Below the pieces are notes generated by a model. That model was not told where the DNA came from and made no database searches. It worked only from the letters and a program-made list of their open reading frames with translations. A stretch of DNA of 64,000 nt from Gekko japonicus. Lineage: Eukaryota. Below are positions 50,416 to 62,410 of the stretch, in pieces (the stretch's first letter is position 1; each line of letters starts with the position of its first letter). The position numbers were made by a program, and so were the translations under genes. The stretch spans positions 394,478-458,477 of the forward strand of contig NW_015176495.1 of NCBI RefSeq assembly GCF_001447785.1, read 5' to 3'.

Positions 50416-51983
50416 CCAACAAATCCAGGGGTTCCTGGGTAACTTATCTGTCCATAACGCTCTTCAATCCAACTTTAGACAATAGAACACAGACAACCTT
50501 GCTTGCCCGGGTGGATAATCTCAGCTTGCAGGTTGACAAGGGGAATTCCTCTCTTTTACTTTTATTAGTTCTCTTAGTTGTGTTTGATACGTTCTTACTG
50601 AAGTGGTTTGAGAACAGAATGAAGAGGGAACAGCCTTCAAGTAGTTCAGGTCTTTTCTACCAGAACAAGACACAAGAGGGTTTTATTGGGAAAGGATATT
50701 TCAACTCTGTTAGATGTTTCTTATGGGGTTCCATAGGGCTCAGTGTTGTTCCTTATGTTGCTTAACATTTATATAGGGTCACTGGGTGAGATAGTCTAAA
50801 TTTTAGAGTGGGTTGTCATCAGTATGGCAGTGATATCCAACTCTGTTTCATTAAGCAAGAATCTGAAAGCAGCGATCTTTGTGTACAACCACTTCCTGGA
50901 TGTCGTACTTAGGTGATCAAGGGAAGATGTGCTAACGCTAAACCCAAACAAGTTGGAGGTAACAACGCTTAGAAAAGCTGGGAAATACTGGGGAGCCAGT
51001 TGATTCTGGATTATGCAAAGCTCTCTTAAGCAAGGAAAAGGCTTAGCTGTGCTGCTGGACTTGGCCCTCCTGGTGAAAAAACACTACAACATAGCTGCTG
51101 ACTTTGACCTTTAAAGTTCTTCATGACCTGGGTCCGTATATGTGAATGAATTTATCTCCTCATACGTACCCTGAGCCGGCTTTGCTGGAAGGGCAGGGTA
51201 AAAATCTAATGAAATAAATAAAATAAATACCTGTGTATTCAATGCAGCAGAGTGTTTTGGTTGTCTCGTCCCTCCAAGTGCTCTGCCATTGCCCAGTCTC
51301 AGGCTTTTTTTTTGGGTCACTGTCTCATCACTGTGGAGCAATCTGCTTGATTTTGCCATACAATCCCCTACCTTTTTGGCCTTTAAAAGAGCAATGCTTT
51401 GAAAAGAAGGCTTTTAAAGGCATTTTATGGTTTTAATGTTTATAAATCAATTTGGCTGGTTGATCTAAATTGGGATTCTTATTACACATCTATACATTAT
51501 TTTTGTTGCTTTTCGTATGATGATGTAATTTGGTTTTAACTTTTCTTGTAAACCTCTTTGAATCACTACAGGACAACAGGTGGAATAGAAAATTTTTAAA
51601 TTATATTAAATGAATATAACAGAAAAAGTTGCTTTTACACCCAATCGCACATTAATTTTTCTCTCTCTTTCTTTTCCATTTCTTAAAAGGTCATCTTCTC
51701 GCTGCTTGCTGTTTGAGAATGTGTGGAAAGGGACAGTTGTGTGGGAGTCCTTTAGCACATGCACTAACCACTGGTCCCTCCAAAAAGCAACCAAAAAGAG
51801 ATAGCTCTACAGGGGCTCACAAATCCACAATCCACCTGAGTTGTCACAACTGTATGCTGAAGACCATTGATGTTGTTCACTTTTGTCAGTTTTGCAAATT
51901 ATGGAAACAGGCAGTAAGTAACAGGATTTTTTTTAAAACTTCCACATTCCCTCTTAACCTGGAAGGCAACTTTCAGCTTATCA

Positions 51984-52280
<297 letters not shown>

Positions 52281-52440
52281 TTAGCTGCCACAAAACAGGT
52301 ATTAGAACAAAAAAGCAATAAAATGTGTTGCTTCTCATTTCTTAAAACAAAAATGAAAAGCATAATTCATGCTTTGGCAGGAAATAATATTCCATATAAA
52401 GATGGTATCCTGTCTGAAGTTTAAAAAAACAACTTGTGAT

Positions 52441-52646
52441 CAATGTTCCCTCTAAGCTGTGGAGTCTTGTGAGCAGAAATTCTACTTTGTGCGCTACTGG
52501 CATTAAAGTTGTGAGCAAGCAATTTGGCTGCTGCATAAATTACTTTGCTCTGGAGCCATCCTTCCTGAGCTAAGACAAAAATGTGTGAGCTGGAGGCTAA
52601 AAAACTGTGAGCTGGCTCACACTAACTCAGCTTAGAGGGAACACTG
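52441..52646. mobile_element. hAT-type MITE
   Basis: TIR CAATGTTCCCTCTAAGCTG...CAGCTTAGAGGGAACACTG and a perfect 8-bp TSD CTTGTGAT. Confidence 0.92.
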
Positions 52647-53252
52647 CTTGTGATGGTGGGTACCTATTATTACTTTTTCTGTTGCTGTAAATCTTACCGG
52701 ATACATGCAAAATTCTGCTGGCTATCCATGCCTTAATTTCCATTTACACAAGGATAGGATATCATCCTGACAATTAGAGGCCTGTCAGCATACTAAACTA
52801 TAGCAGCAGAATTCTATACCATACTTCCTGACTACACTAGAAGACTGGGCTATGACAAATACTAAATTTGCAAAACAATGAGAATTTATATCCAGTTTCT
52901 TGCCAACAGATATAGCCTTTATTCTAGCTCATTTGAAAAACAGATACACTCCCAAATACGTAAAAGTTGTCAGTATACCAACTACAGAAAAAACTCCAAA
53001 GAACCAATCTTAATACATTGTTTGTGCTTGGAGTACATGGATATTACACTTGAAGTCAGGATTGTGTCTTCAGGTATATAAGCAAATAATATTTCAGATC
53101 CAAAAGGAAAAAGAGGTCTTTTTTGCCACCTTTTTAAATTTCCAGATTAATGGTGCAATATCCAAGTTGAGGAGTGAAAAATTCTTCTTTATCCTGGCCT
53201 ATAGCTACAGTGGGGCTATTGGGCTCTCCACCCTCTTCCTTCCTTCCTTAAA

Positions 53253-53590
53253 GGCCCTCGTGCTTCTTCCCAAAAGCATTTAAAGGGATCCTCCCTCCCC
53301 TCCTTCAAGATTTAAAGGGCCCTTCAGCTGTTCATTGGGGACCACGTGGCCTGCCTATCAGCTGGAGGGCCCTTTAAATCTTGCAGGAGGGAGGGAGAGG
53401 GGTGCGCCAACCTCTGCTTCTTCTCAAAAGCATTCAAAGGATCCCTTTAAATGCTTTTGAGAAAAAGCAGGTGCCCTGCATACGCATGCACTCCAAGCTG
53501 TAAATTCACAGCTTGGATCACAGGCACAAGCCGTCCCCCACTTCTCCCCCAAAGGACCTCTTTAAATGCTTTGGGGAAGAAGGACGGGCC
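53253..53590. repeat. Nested inverted-repeat element
   Basis: Outer arms 53253-53285 and 53560-53590 enclose hairpins at 53292-53397, 53414-53470 and 53492-53517. Confidence 0.85.
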
Positions 53591-53629
53591 GTGTGTGCAC
53601 TTCAAGTGGCAAACTCACAGCTTTACAAG

Positions 53630-55205
53630 CTCTCTTACTCCTGACACCATCTCTTATCTACCTTCATGGCCTCCGGTGAGTTGCTCAGAACTGAAACAAC
53701 TTATAGATACCTTGAAGCCTGGAAAAGCCCCTGGCATAGATTTAATTTCCCCAGAGTTAATTAAGAGAAATGCTGAATGGTGGGCCCCTGTTCTAGCATC
53801 CCTATTTACACAAATTGATCAGTCAGGAAAAATCCCCAGGGATTGGGGGACTGCCATAATTATACCATTGTATAAGAAAGGTAATAAAGAAGACCCTAAT
53901 AATTACAGACCCATAAGCCTACTCAGCATAGTGAGCAAACTTTATACAAAACATCTATTATGGAAAATCAGAGACTGATTAGAAAATGATTTCTGTATGG
54001 CGGACGAACAAGCTGGATTTAGAAAAGGTTGCAGCACATTAGATCACTGTATGTTTTTGGACCACCTGATCGCCAAATATTCATCTCAGTCAAGTGCATC
54101 CCTTTAGGCGGCCTTTGTTGACTTTAAATCAGCCTTCGACAATCTCTAGAGTTATTTTATGGGATAAATTAAGCTCTACCAGTATCAACAGGCGCCTACT
54201 CTTTCTTATCCAGGTCCTTTACAATCAGACGTCGATACAGGTAAAATATACCCTCCAATGGCACCTGACAGATCCCATTAGTACAGACAAAGGGGTCAAA
54301 CAGGGTTGTCTTCTGGCCCCCCTTCTTTTTAACTTTTATATTAATGATATATTAACAAGCCGGAGTGTCATCCTCCAAAACTTGGTAACAAAGATGTTGG
54401 TGTTCTATATGCTAATGATGCGGTTCTGTCAAGAACTCCTACAGGCCTTAAAAGAGCACTTAATTTTTTTTCTGAATATTGCCATGACAATAGTTTAGAA
54501 ATAAATTACGCTAAAACCAAGGTAATGATTTTTGCTAAAAGGTCACCAAAATATTATCACTGGACTCTAAATTCCTCCTCTATAGAACAGGTTTCTAGTT
54601 TTAACTATCTGGGGGTTCTGTTCCAGGAAAATGGCTCAAGATCTAGCAATATAAGCATGGCAACATTAAAGGCCAGCAGGAGTGCTGGGGCTATCCAGAA
54701 ATTTTATTGGCATAAAGGGGATAAATGCATAATAGCAGCCCTCCATTTGTTCAAAGCTAAATCTCATAGCCAACTAACTTTTGGTGCCCCCTTTAATATC
54801 ACTTCAAATTTTTAAAAACTGGAGGCCGTTAAATCTAAGTTTCTAAGAACAGCCCTTCAAGTTCCCCCTGGTACTTCAAATGCCTTGATCAGAATAGGAA
54901 CAGGCACGATCCCGGTGGAGGCAAAGCTTTGGATGCTAGCCATTCAATACTGGTTGAAACATTCTTTTTTTCCTAGAGGGTTGGCAAGTTTAATTTTCCA
55001 GGATACCTTTGTCCCGCCTTGGCTAAGAGTCATCAAGAAAAAACTTTCTCAACTTGGCCTCTCAAAACAATTTCTTCGCTCTCTCACATACAACGAAGCA
55101 AGAGAGTTAGTGAGACAGCGAATCCAGGACATAGCTAGACAGGAGGATCTTAATAACTCACGCAAATGGCGAGCCCTTTTTGAACCATTGTATAAGATAG
55201 TGCCT
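53630..55205 (+). mobile_element. RTE-X-like LINE RT region (3' end missing)
   Basis: LKPGKAPGIDLI, NYRPISLLSIVSKLY, EQAGFRKG, KGVKQGCLLAPLLFNFYIND and FNYLGV. Same family as 10187-11346. Confidence 0.88.
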
Positions 55206-55935
55206 CCCTGGCTGGTTTCCTGCTTCTAATGTTTTTGAAGAAAGTTTTATTGTTGGTTTTTACGTTTTTTGCTATATGTTCCTCACATTCCCCTTTTGCC
55301 TGCCTGACCACAGACTTGCATTTTATTTGCCATAGCCTGTGTTCCGTTTTATCAGCCTCACTGTGACTAGCTTTCCACTGCTTAAAGGAATCCTTTTTAC
55401 CTTTTACAGCTTCCACAGTGAAGACAGAGGCAAAAAATGCATTTAGCTTCTCAGCCATTTCCCTATCATCCTTCAGTACTCCTTTTACCCCTTGGTCATC
55501 CAAGGGCCCCACTGCCTCCCTGGCTGGTTTCCTGCTTCTAATGTTTTTGAAGAAAGTTTTATTGTTGGTTTTTACATTTTTTGCTATATGTTCCTCATAT
55601 TCCCCTTTTGCCTGCCTGACCACAGACTTACATTTTATTTGCCATAGCCTGTGTTCCGTTTTATCAGCCTCACTGTGACTAGCTTTCCACTGCTTAAAGG
55701 AATCCTTTTTACCTTTTACAGCTTCCATTACTTTGTTAACAATGCAGGCTTTTTCCTATTCCTGTTTGTGCCTTTCCTAACCTGCGGAATATATATATAT
55801 ATTGAGCTTCTAGGATCGTAGTTTTAAATAGTTTCCAAGCTTCCCCAATGGTTTTGACCCTTTCTACTTTTACTTTCAGTTTCCTCCCCACATGTCCCCT
55901 CATATCAGAGAAGTTACCCCTTTTAAAGTTAAAAC
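55201..55935 (-). mobile_element. CR1 ORF2 fragment with an internal tandem duplication (period 312 bp)
   Basis: ORF 55150..55728 contains EAVKGKKDSFKQWK...NIRSRKPAREA twice, plus AEKLNAFFASVFT. Confidence 0.88.
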
Positions 55936-56684
55936 TGTTTAAAACACAGATTACTAAAACTGTTTTCAGAGAACACTGTCAGCCCTACCACTCTTTAAAT
56001 CGAGTCCTTTGGATTCTAGCATGCTTATTTTTCTTCAGCTATCAAATATCAGACTGAGAAATGTCTCCCCACAGCTTGCTTTGTCTTCTCAGTTTGGTTC
56101 TCAGCATGACAAACCTTAACTATGAAAATTACTATATATTGACCTCAGTACTTCCCCAACAAGGAGAGCTTCTATCCTATCAACATTTCATTAATGCTGA
56201 AAAATAAATTTCAACAAATGCCCTCTGTTGTTCTAGATAGATGTTTTAGGAGCAGTCTTCATTCATTAAGGCATTACTTCTATGGTGAGGGCAGTGTGGA
56301 GGACATTTCTTATTACATAATGTTCTATTTTTAAAGAATAAAAAGCTGCATTTGTTTGACTCTGCTCCTTTCTTGTTTTGACTTTTGGTCAAGCCACAAT
56401 TAAATTGAGTATTTACTTCTAACTAGAAGGTCAACAGAGAAGGTGGACCCATTTGCCCTGGGGCAGAACAACTAGAACAAATTAACCCAGATACCCATGC
56501 GACAGACTGTTTTAAAGAAAATTGAATGTTTTGTTACCGCTGTTTTGTACATACATTTATCTTATTACCCACGGTCAAGACAATGATTTGATTGAAAAAT
56601 TATAATTGTAATCTCTCACCTCTCCTTCCATTAAAGCAAAGACTCCCAATTTGCACTCGAACTAAGGCATTAAAGGCAAGGTAT

Positions 56685-56910
56685 ACAGTACCATGATGGT
56701 ACAAGTGGCTAGTGTTGGTCTAGGATCAAGGAGACCTGGGTTCAAATCCCCAATTGCCAAAACATACTACATGACCCTGGACCCATCAATCACTCAGCGT
56801 AACCTACCTCCCAGGGATATTACAAAGATAAAACTGGCCAAAAAAAACCCACGCAAGCCACCCTGCACTACTTGGAGGAAAGGTGAGATAAAAATGCATT
56901 AAATAAATAA
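56685..56910 (+). mobile_element. Old MIR/Squam3-like SINE
   Basis: B-box gggttcaaatccc, aacctacctc.cagggatattacaaagataaaa and a (taaa)n tail. Confidence 0.65.
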
Positions 56911-56933
56911 ATGTTTGTTCTTGTTATATATAC

Positions 56934-57083
56934 CTGTAAGTAGAGGTCAGAATTTAAGTCTGATTGTTTCATCAACTGCTTCACCTGACGCCTTCGCTCA
57001 ACTAGCTTCCTGATCTCTTTAGGCAAAATTCCCATTTCTAGGGATCGATCTGGTAATTCTGGAATTTCTTCTTGTTCTCCATC
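56934..57083 (-). CDS. POLA1: POLA1 coding exon (150 nt): [50 protein letters not shown]
   Basis: Acceptor ttacag and donor CAG|GTATAT. Lies within ORF 56868..57116 and matches the POLA1 GILP(R/K)EIRKLVERR segment. Confidence 0.97.
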
Positions 57084-59461
57084 CTGTAAAGTTATTATTT
57101 GACATTCATTCATCACTGATAACTTTTAAGGCAAGAAGAACTTTCCATCAATTTACTCAATATGCATATCAATAGCCACAGTATTCAGTACCTGGTACAA
57201 GCACACTGTTCTGTAAAAAACTAAGAAGTACATTTATGGACTTTGCTATAGTTCTTTCAACACTCGTATAACAGAAAGGGCTGACAGCAGTGGTGGAAAG
57301 CCTTGACATTTGCACAGGGCATCCATTAACATAATGGGAATTAAGAAATGCCCATCAGCCTCTACTGTAACCTCCCTCTGCAACCCGTCCTCATAAAGAT
57401 AAATTTCAGGAAGTGGGATGCAGCATGGAGGTCTGGCACAAGCTTCCACAGGATTACAGTACCTCAACATTACAAGCCAGAAGCAAGCTCTGGAAAACAT
57501 CCCGAGATTTTATCAAAGAAAGCTTGAAGCATCTGAGCTAACTAAAAAGTTCCTTGCCCATCATTACCACTAAGCTTTAAGACCCTAAAAACAAAATGCT
57601 TTGAGTGTCAGCTCCAAAAGCAGTCACCGAACTAAGGACTTTAAAAGCACTCCAGGGAGAGCACACAGAACTTATTTAAGATCCCCAATAGAAAATCTAT
57701 GACCTAGGGACCAATTCAGGAATTTACAGAAGAAGGATTAACAGGGTGCATCTTCAAAAGATTGTTCAAAGTCACAGAAAAAAAATGAAATAAAAATCCA
57801 TCAAATTAAATCAGTATTAATAAAATCAAAATGCAACACATAAAATTTCAGCATAAAAATCACATTAAACCAATTCAGCAAAAACTTTCAGTAGATTATT
57901 AGAATAATTAGGCAGCAATCAATGAACTGATTAAATAGAGGAGGCAGAGAACATCACAGAAGACAAAATAATCAATAGAATGTCTGGATGAAAGAGGTCT
58001 TTACCTGGCACCAGCCAAGCTATAGTGGAGAGGATATTCCACAGATTAGGTGACCACAGAAGGCCTAGTCTCTGGTTTCTACTAATCTTACCCAGAAGGT
58101 ATGGCACACAGAGCAAGGCCAATCTTAACTGACACGTGGTTTCAAAAGCAAGAGAACACAATCTTTTAATTACTCTGGATTTAGACCAAGCCAGACTGAA
58201 ATGGGTTTAAAAAGAGAGAAATGGCTGAGACAGCAAACTAGCCCCTTTTTGGGCTAAGAATGTGGCAATAGCTGAAATCTGGTGTTTCACAGTATGGGTG
58301 CTAATTCAGCCTACCCTGTAGAAACTATGAAAATGAAAGAATAGTACTTAGTTCTCTGAGTCCATATTTTTCATCTTGCACAGGGACTTGATAGTGTCAT
58401 TTAGCGCTGGTAGTCAAACGGTAACAAAACAGACTAGTTCAGGCCCATAGCCAGAAAATTTTGGTTGGAAGGCACCAGGGGGCACGACGTCACTTTCAAC
58501 ATCACAAAATATAATGAAATTAAAATAAAAATTAATAATAAAATTAAAATAAATCAAATAAAAGGGCCCCCTTGTCTTCACCAGAAACTCATGGCCTCCT
58601 CCATGTTCAGAGCAGGCACCAAGAGCTGTGGTGGCACTCCTGGGGAAAAGCAGCCGCAGGGGTCACAGCCAGATTGCAGACTTCTCCTTCCTCCCTTAAC
58701 CATCGCCACTCCCTTATGGTGCCAAAAGACTCCTTTAGACATCAGCAAGGAGAGCTGCGTGTTGCTCCTCCTGCTCCCCTTGCCCCCTCCCTACTCCTAC
58801 AAGCAGCTAAGACAAAAGTGGAAAACAGCTGATTTAAAGCCCCCGAAGGTCAGGCATAGTTCTTGCTGCACACCCCAGCAGTCATGCCTGCCCGAGGACT
58901 CCCAGCTCAATCTGGTTCTGCGGCCTTCGGGGCAGAGTGCTGGGGCCGGGCGGGCTTCAGCTGCACCAGCTATGGTTATCAGGCAGCCATGTATTAGCTA
59001 TCCCACCACTTAGGATGGCCTGTCTGCCATGGACCAAAGCGTGGGCCTTTCCCATTCTGGCTTCGTGGAATGGACTCGCTGAAGAGATTAAGGGGGCCAT
59101 CTCCTTGGAGATCATCAGGAAGCACGGAAAGGCCTGTTTGCCGGGGCTTTTGAGCAAGTTTTGTTTTAATTGAAAATTTTAACTATTATTATGTGGCTGC
59201 CTTGAGTCACAAGGAATGACAGGATATAAATGTTTTAATGAATAAAATAAATAAAAAACAAGAAATTCACAACATCTTCATTGTCATCAAAATGATGGAA
59301 CACGGAAAAAGTACATGAAAAACACTAGAACATTTTCATCATCACCAAACTATTATGCTATAACTGAAGTTAAATCGAACCATACTCTAGTTAGAACCAG
59401 CTCATACACATTAAATTCTTGTAAATCAAACATTAAAATGACTATAAAACTAGATACATAC

Positions 59462-59586
59462 CTCTGTCTTTTTTTGCATATTAGAAGTCATCCTATGAAC
59501 TGTCGTGAAACATATATTAAACTCTTGGATAATTGAAGGGTACAGGCTATTGAAATCGAGAAGCAGAATGAACTTATCATAAAAGC
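59462..59586 (-). CDS. POLA1: POLA1 coding exon (125 nt): [42 protein letters not shown] (motif A)
   Basis: Acceptor tttcag and donor GAG|GTATGT. Contains the B-family polymerase motif [10 protein letters not shown]. In frame with both neighbouring exons. Confidence 0.98.
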
Positions 59587-59869
59587 CTGAAATAATAAAA
59601 TAATGAAAATGGATTTCAGTTTACATTTATTAATAATGCACAGTATATGCTTGGATAAGTACATCAAGATATAATGTAGAAGAACCAGGGGTGGAGAGTA
59701 AGTTGGATGTCTCTACAAGAAAAGAGAAACCTGCAGTGCTTTCACAAACTATAGTTTACATTGAGTCTGTTTATCCATATCATCCACTCAGAGTTGTAGA
59801 CCAGATTAAAACAGTATTTCAAACTATTATATTTATACCACTCAATAATGACACAAATCAATGATGCAA

Positions 59870-60003
59870 ATTTGTCAGAAGTGGAACGATCCAGCCCTGT
59901 GAAACTATCCAGGGTTGAACAGAAAGCTCCTATGTTACTATAGGATACTTTTTTAACAGTTATCACCACAAAAAGGAGACACTGAAAATTTTTCAAGCAT
60001 CCA
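59870..60003 (-). ncRNA. SCARNA23: Intronic box H/ACA scaRNA guiding U6 pseudouridine 40 (SCARNA23/ACA12 ortholog)
   Basis: On the minus strand: 5' hairpin (GGAUGCUU/AAGUAUCC), H box AUAGUA, 3' hairpin, then ACA plus 3 nt. The 3' pocket arms UUUCUG and UCGUUCCA pair with U6 C42-A47 and U32-A39, with 14 nt to the ACA box. It is sense to POLA1, and human SCARNA23 is known to be POLA1-intronic. Confidence 0.9.
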
Positions 60004-60027
60004 CTCATAAGAAATAACAGAGAAAGG

Positions 60028-60786
60028 ATGCAACTATTTTACTTAAAGACCTTGATTTCAATAAAACAGCAGACAGAATTGTGATGCCAGGACATAAAAT
60101 GCCAATTTTTAAAGATGCTAAGACTCAAATGACAGAAAAACTGCTGCAACTGAGCCCTGACCAAACTAAGCAAAAGCTCCTGCCAAGATAATTCTGCAAA
60201 GATTTTTTAATAAATATTTACTTAATTATTCTTTATATTTTTAATTGTATAAATATGAAACCATGGCATCCTTTAACTTTTGTAAGTGAGAACCATAGTC
60301 TTATTCAGAAGATCTCTTCCACTGGACCTTAGAACAGAAACTCAGCTTCATCCAATCCTTTATAAAATTTCCAGTGTTTGAAACAATCTAACACTAGTAC
60401 TTCTGAGAGCTTTGGTCCACTGTTCTCAAAGATGTAGTATTTTATTGCAGAAATTTGTATATAATTGTATGTCCAGTAACTGTTCTGCTTTTGCATTATT
60501 TTTGTGTCTAAAATACATTTTGGAACTTTTGAAAAATTACGAATTATTTCCATGTATTGAGACCCAATTAGTCAATTGTTTTATAAAGTATTTCTCTTTA
60601 AGATTCACATTGAAAAAATAATTCGAGAATAATTATTCGTCGAATAAAGCCCCGTTAGGTCCTGTGCTGAATTTTTTTCTCTTCTCTTGGTTTATTTAGC
60701 TTATTTTTTGTTATAGCTTTTATATTACACTGTGATGGGTTAAATTAAATTTTGCAAAAAGTTCATATTAATAAAGAATTTTTAAA
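60028..60786 (+). mobile_element. 5'-truncated L1/Tx1-like retroposon with 16-bp TSD, next to the scaRNA
   Basis: Perfect TSD aaataacagagaaagg at 60012-60027 and 60787-60802, aataaa at 60770-60775, and a decayed Cys-rich ORF2-end-like segment. Confidence 0.7.
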
Positions 60787-60884
60787 AAATAACAGAGAAA
60801 GGGGTTTTTTAAATATACGTCATTCATTTTTCTCTGTGAAACATCCACCAACACATTGTACCTATACGGATTCTGCACACCACT

Positions 60885-62410
60885 ACCTCTGCGGGGACAG
60901 GAAATTGAAATTTTAACAGGTGATGAAGAGAGGGCAGAATTGCGCAATTACTATTTTTCCTCAGTCTTCTCTTGTGAGGGAAATGGTGCTCAACATGGTA
61001 AAAACAGATGATGAGGGAAGGGAGTTGCAGCCTAGGATTGGCATAGGGGTAGTACATAAACATATAGTTTCTTTAAATGAAACTAAGTCCTTGGGGCCAG
61101 ATGAATGGCATCCAAGGGTACTAAAAGAACTCATGGATATAATTCCTGATCCTCTGTCCATTACTTTTGAGAATTCTTGGAGAACAGATAAGATGCCAGA
61201 AGGCTGGAGGTGGGCAAATGTTGTCCTTCTTCAAGAAGGGGCAAAAGGAGGATCTGGGTAACTACCGACCCTTCAGCTTGACGTCTATACCTGGGAAAGT
61301 TTTAAGACAAACCATCAAACAGTCAGTCCTTGAGCATTTAGAAAGGATGGCTGTGATTACTAAGAGCCAGCATGGGTTTCTCAAGAACAAGTCATGTCAG
61401 ACTTTGCTTATCTCTTTCTTTCTTTTTTAGACTGTTACTACCTTGCTGGATCAGAGAAATGCTGTAGACATAGTTTATCTTAATTTCAGTAAGGCTTTTG
61501 ATAGTTCCACATAATATTCTTGTTGACAAGTTGATAAAATGTGGTTTGGATCCTATTACTGTTAGGATCTGTAACTGGTTGACAGATCGCACCCAAAGAG
61601 TGCTTGTGAATGGTTCCTCAGCCTCTTGGAGAGGAGTGACAAGTAGAGTACCTCAGAAACCTGTCCTGGGACCTGTTTTGTTCAACATCTTTATAAAGTA
61701 TTTGGATGAAGAAATAGAGGGAATGCTTATTAAATATGCAGATGATACTAAATTGGGAGGGGTAACAAATACAGTAGAAGACATCAGGATACAGGATGAT
61801 CTTGTCAGGCTGGAAAACTGGGCTAAAACAAACAAAATGAATTTCAACAGGGATAAATGTAGAAGTTCTGCATTTAGGTAGGATGGCGCTAGAAGAGAGG
61901 ATGTCACCTCGCCACCCCTTTGGTGTGTGGGGTCCCCTAAGGGACAATCCTCTCTCCAATGTTATTTAACTTCTATGTGCACTTCCTCGCCCACCTGGGG
62001 CTGCGTTTCAGGCTGGGCTGCCATCAGTACACTGATGACTCCAAACTATGTTGATGGATGGACAGATAACACCCCATCTATTCTGGCCAAAGGGATGGAG
62101 GCCGTGGTTGGGTGGCTGAAACAGAGCCAACTGAGACTCCCCACCCCCACTCCAGGATCCCTAGCCAAACTGGCTTGGAGAAAATTGCTTCCTGGCCCTG
62201 AAGTGGTGATTGGCATTTCCCTGGGTGTGTAGGAAAGGGCCAACTGAACTACTCAGTTTGGCTGGGGATCCTGGAGGAGAGGTTTGGCCATCTTCTGGGC
62301 ATGGAGCATGGGTCATTGGGGGTGTGGGGGGGAGGTGGTTGTGAATTCCTTGCATTGTGCAGGGAGTTGGACTAGATGACCCTGGAGGTCCCTTCCAACT
62401 CTATGATTCA
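60885..62410 (+). mobile_element. Rearranged CR1: RT part 60885-61882, L2 piece about 61883-62135, inverted UTR piece about 62140-62253, 3' UTR 62254-62410
   Basis: Same family as 1960-4278. Motifs GNYRPFSLTSIPGKV and KYADDTKLGG; ends ccttccaactctatgattc. Confidence 0.88.

Larger units (their letters stand above)
48050..51600 (+). mobile_element. Old L2-type LINE split by the YWHAG retrocopy
   Basis: NYKSLSNLSFMRKV (ORF 48229..48420) resumes as QIQGFLGNLS..LQSNFR and LLLLLVLLVVFDT after 50415. Confidence 0.7.

Noticed and set aside
55150-55728. 192-aa ORF with an internal repeat as a novel repeat protein
   Set aside because: Explained by a tandem duplication of CR1 ORF2 sequence.
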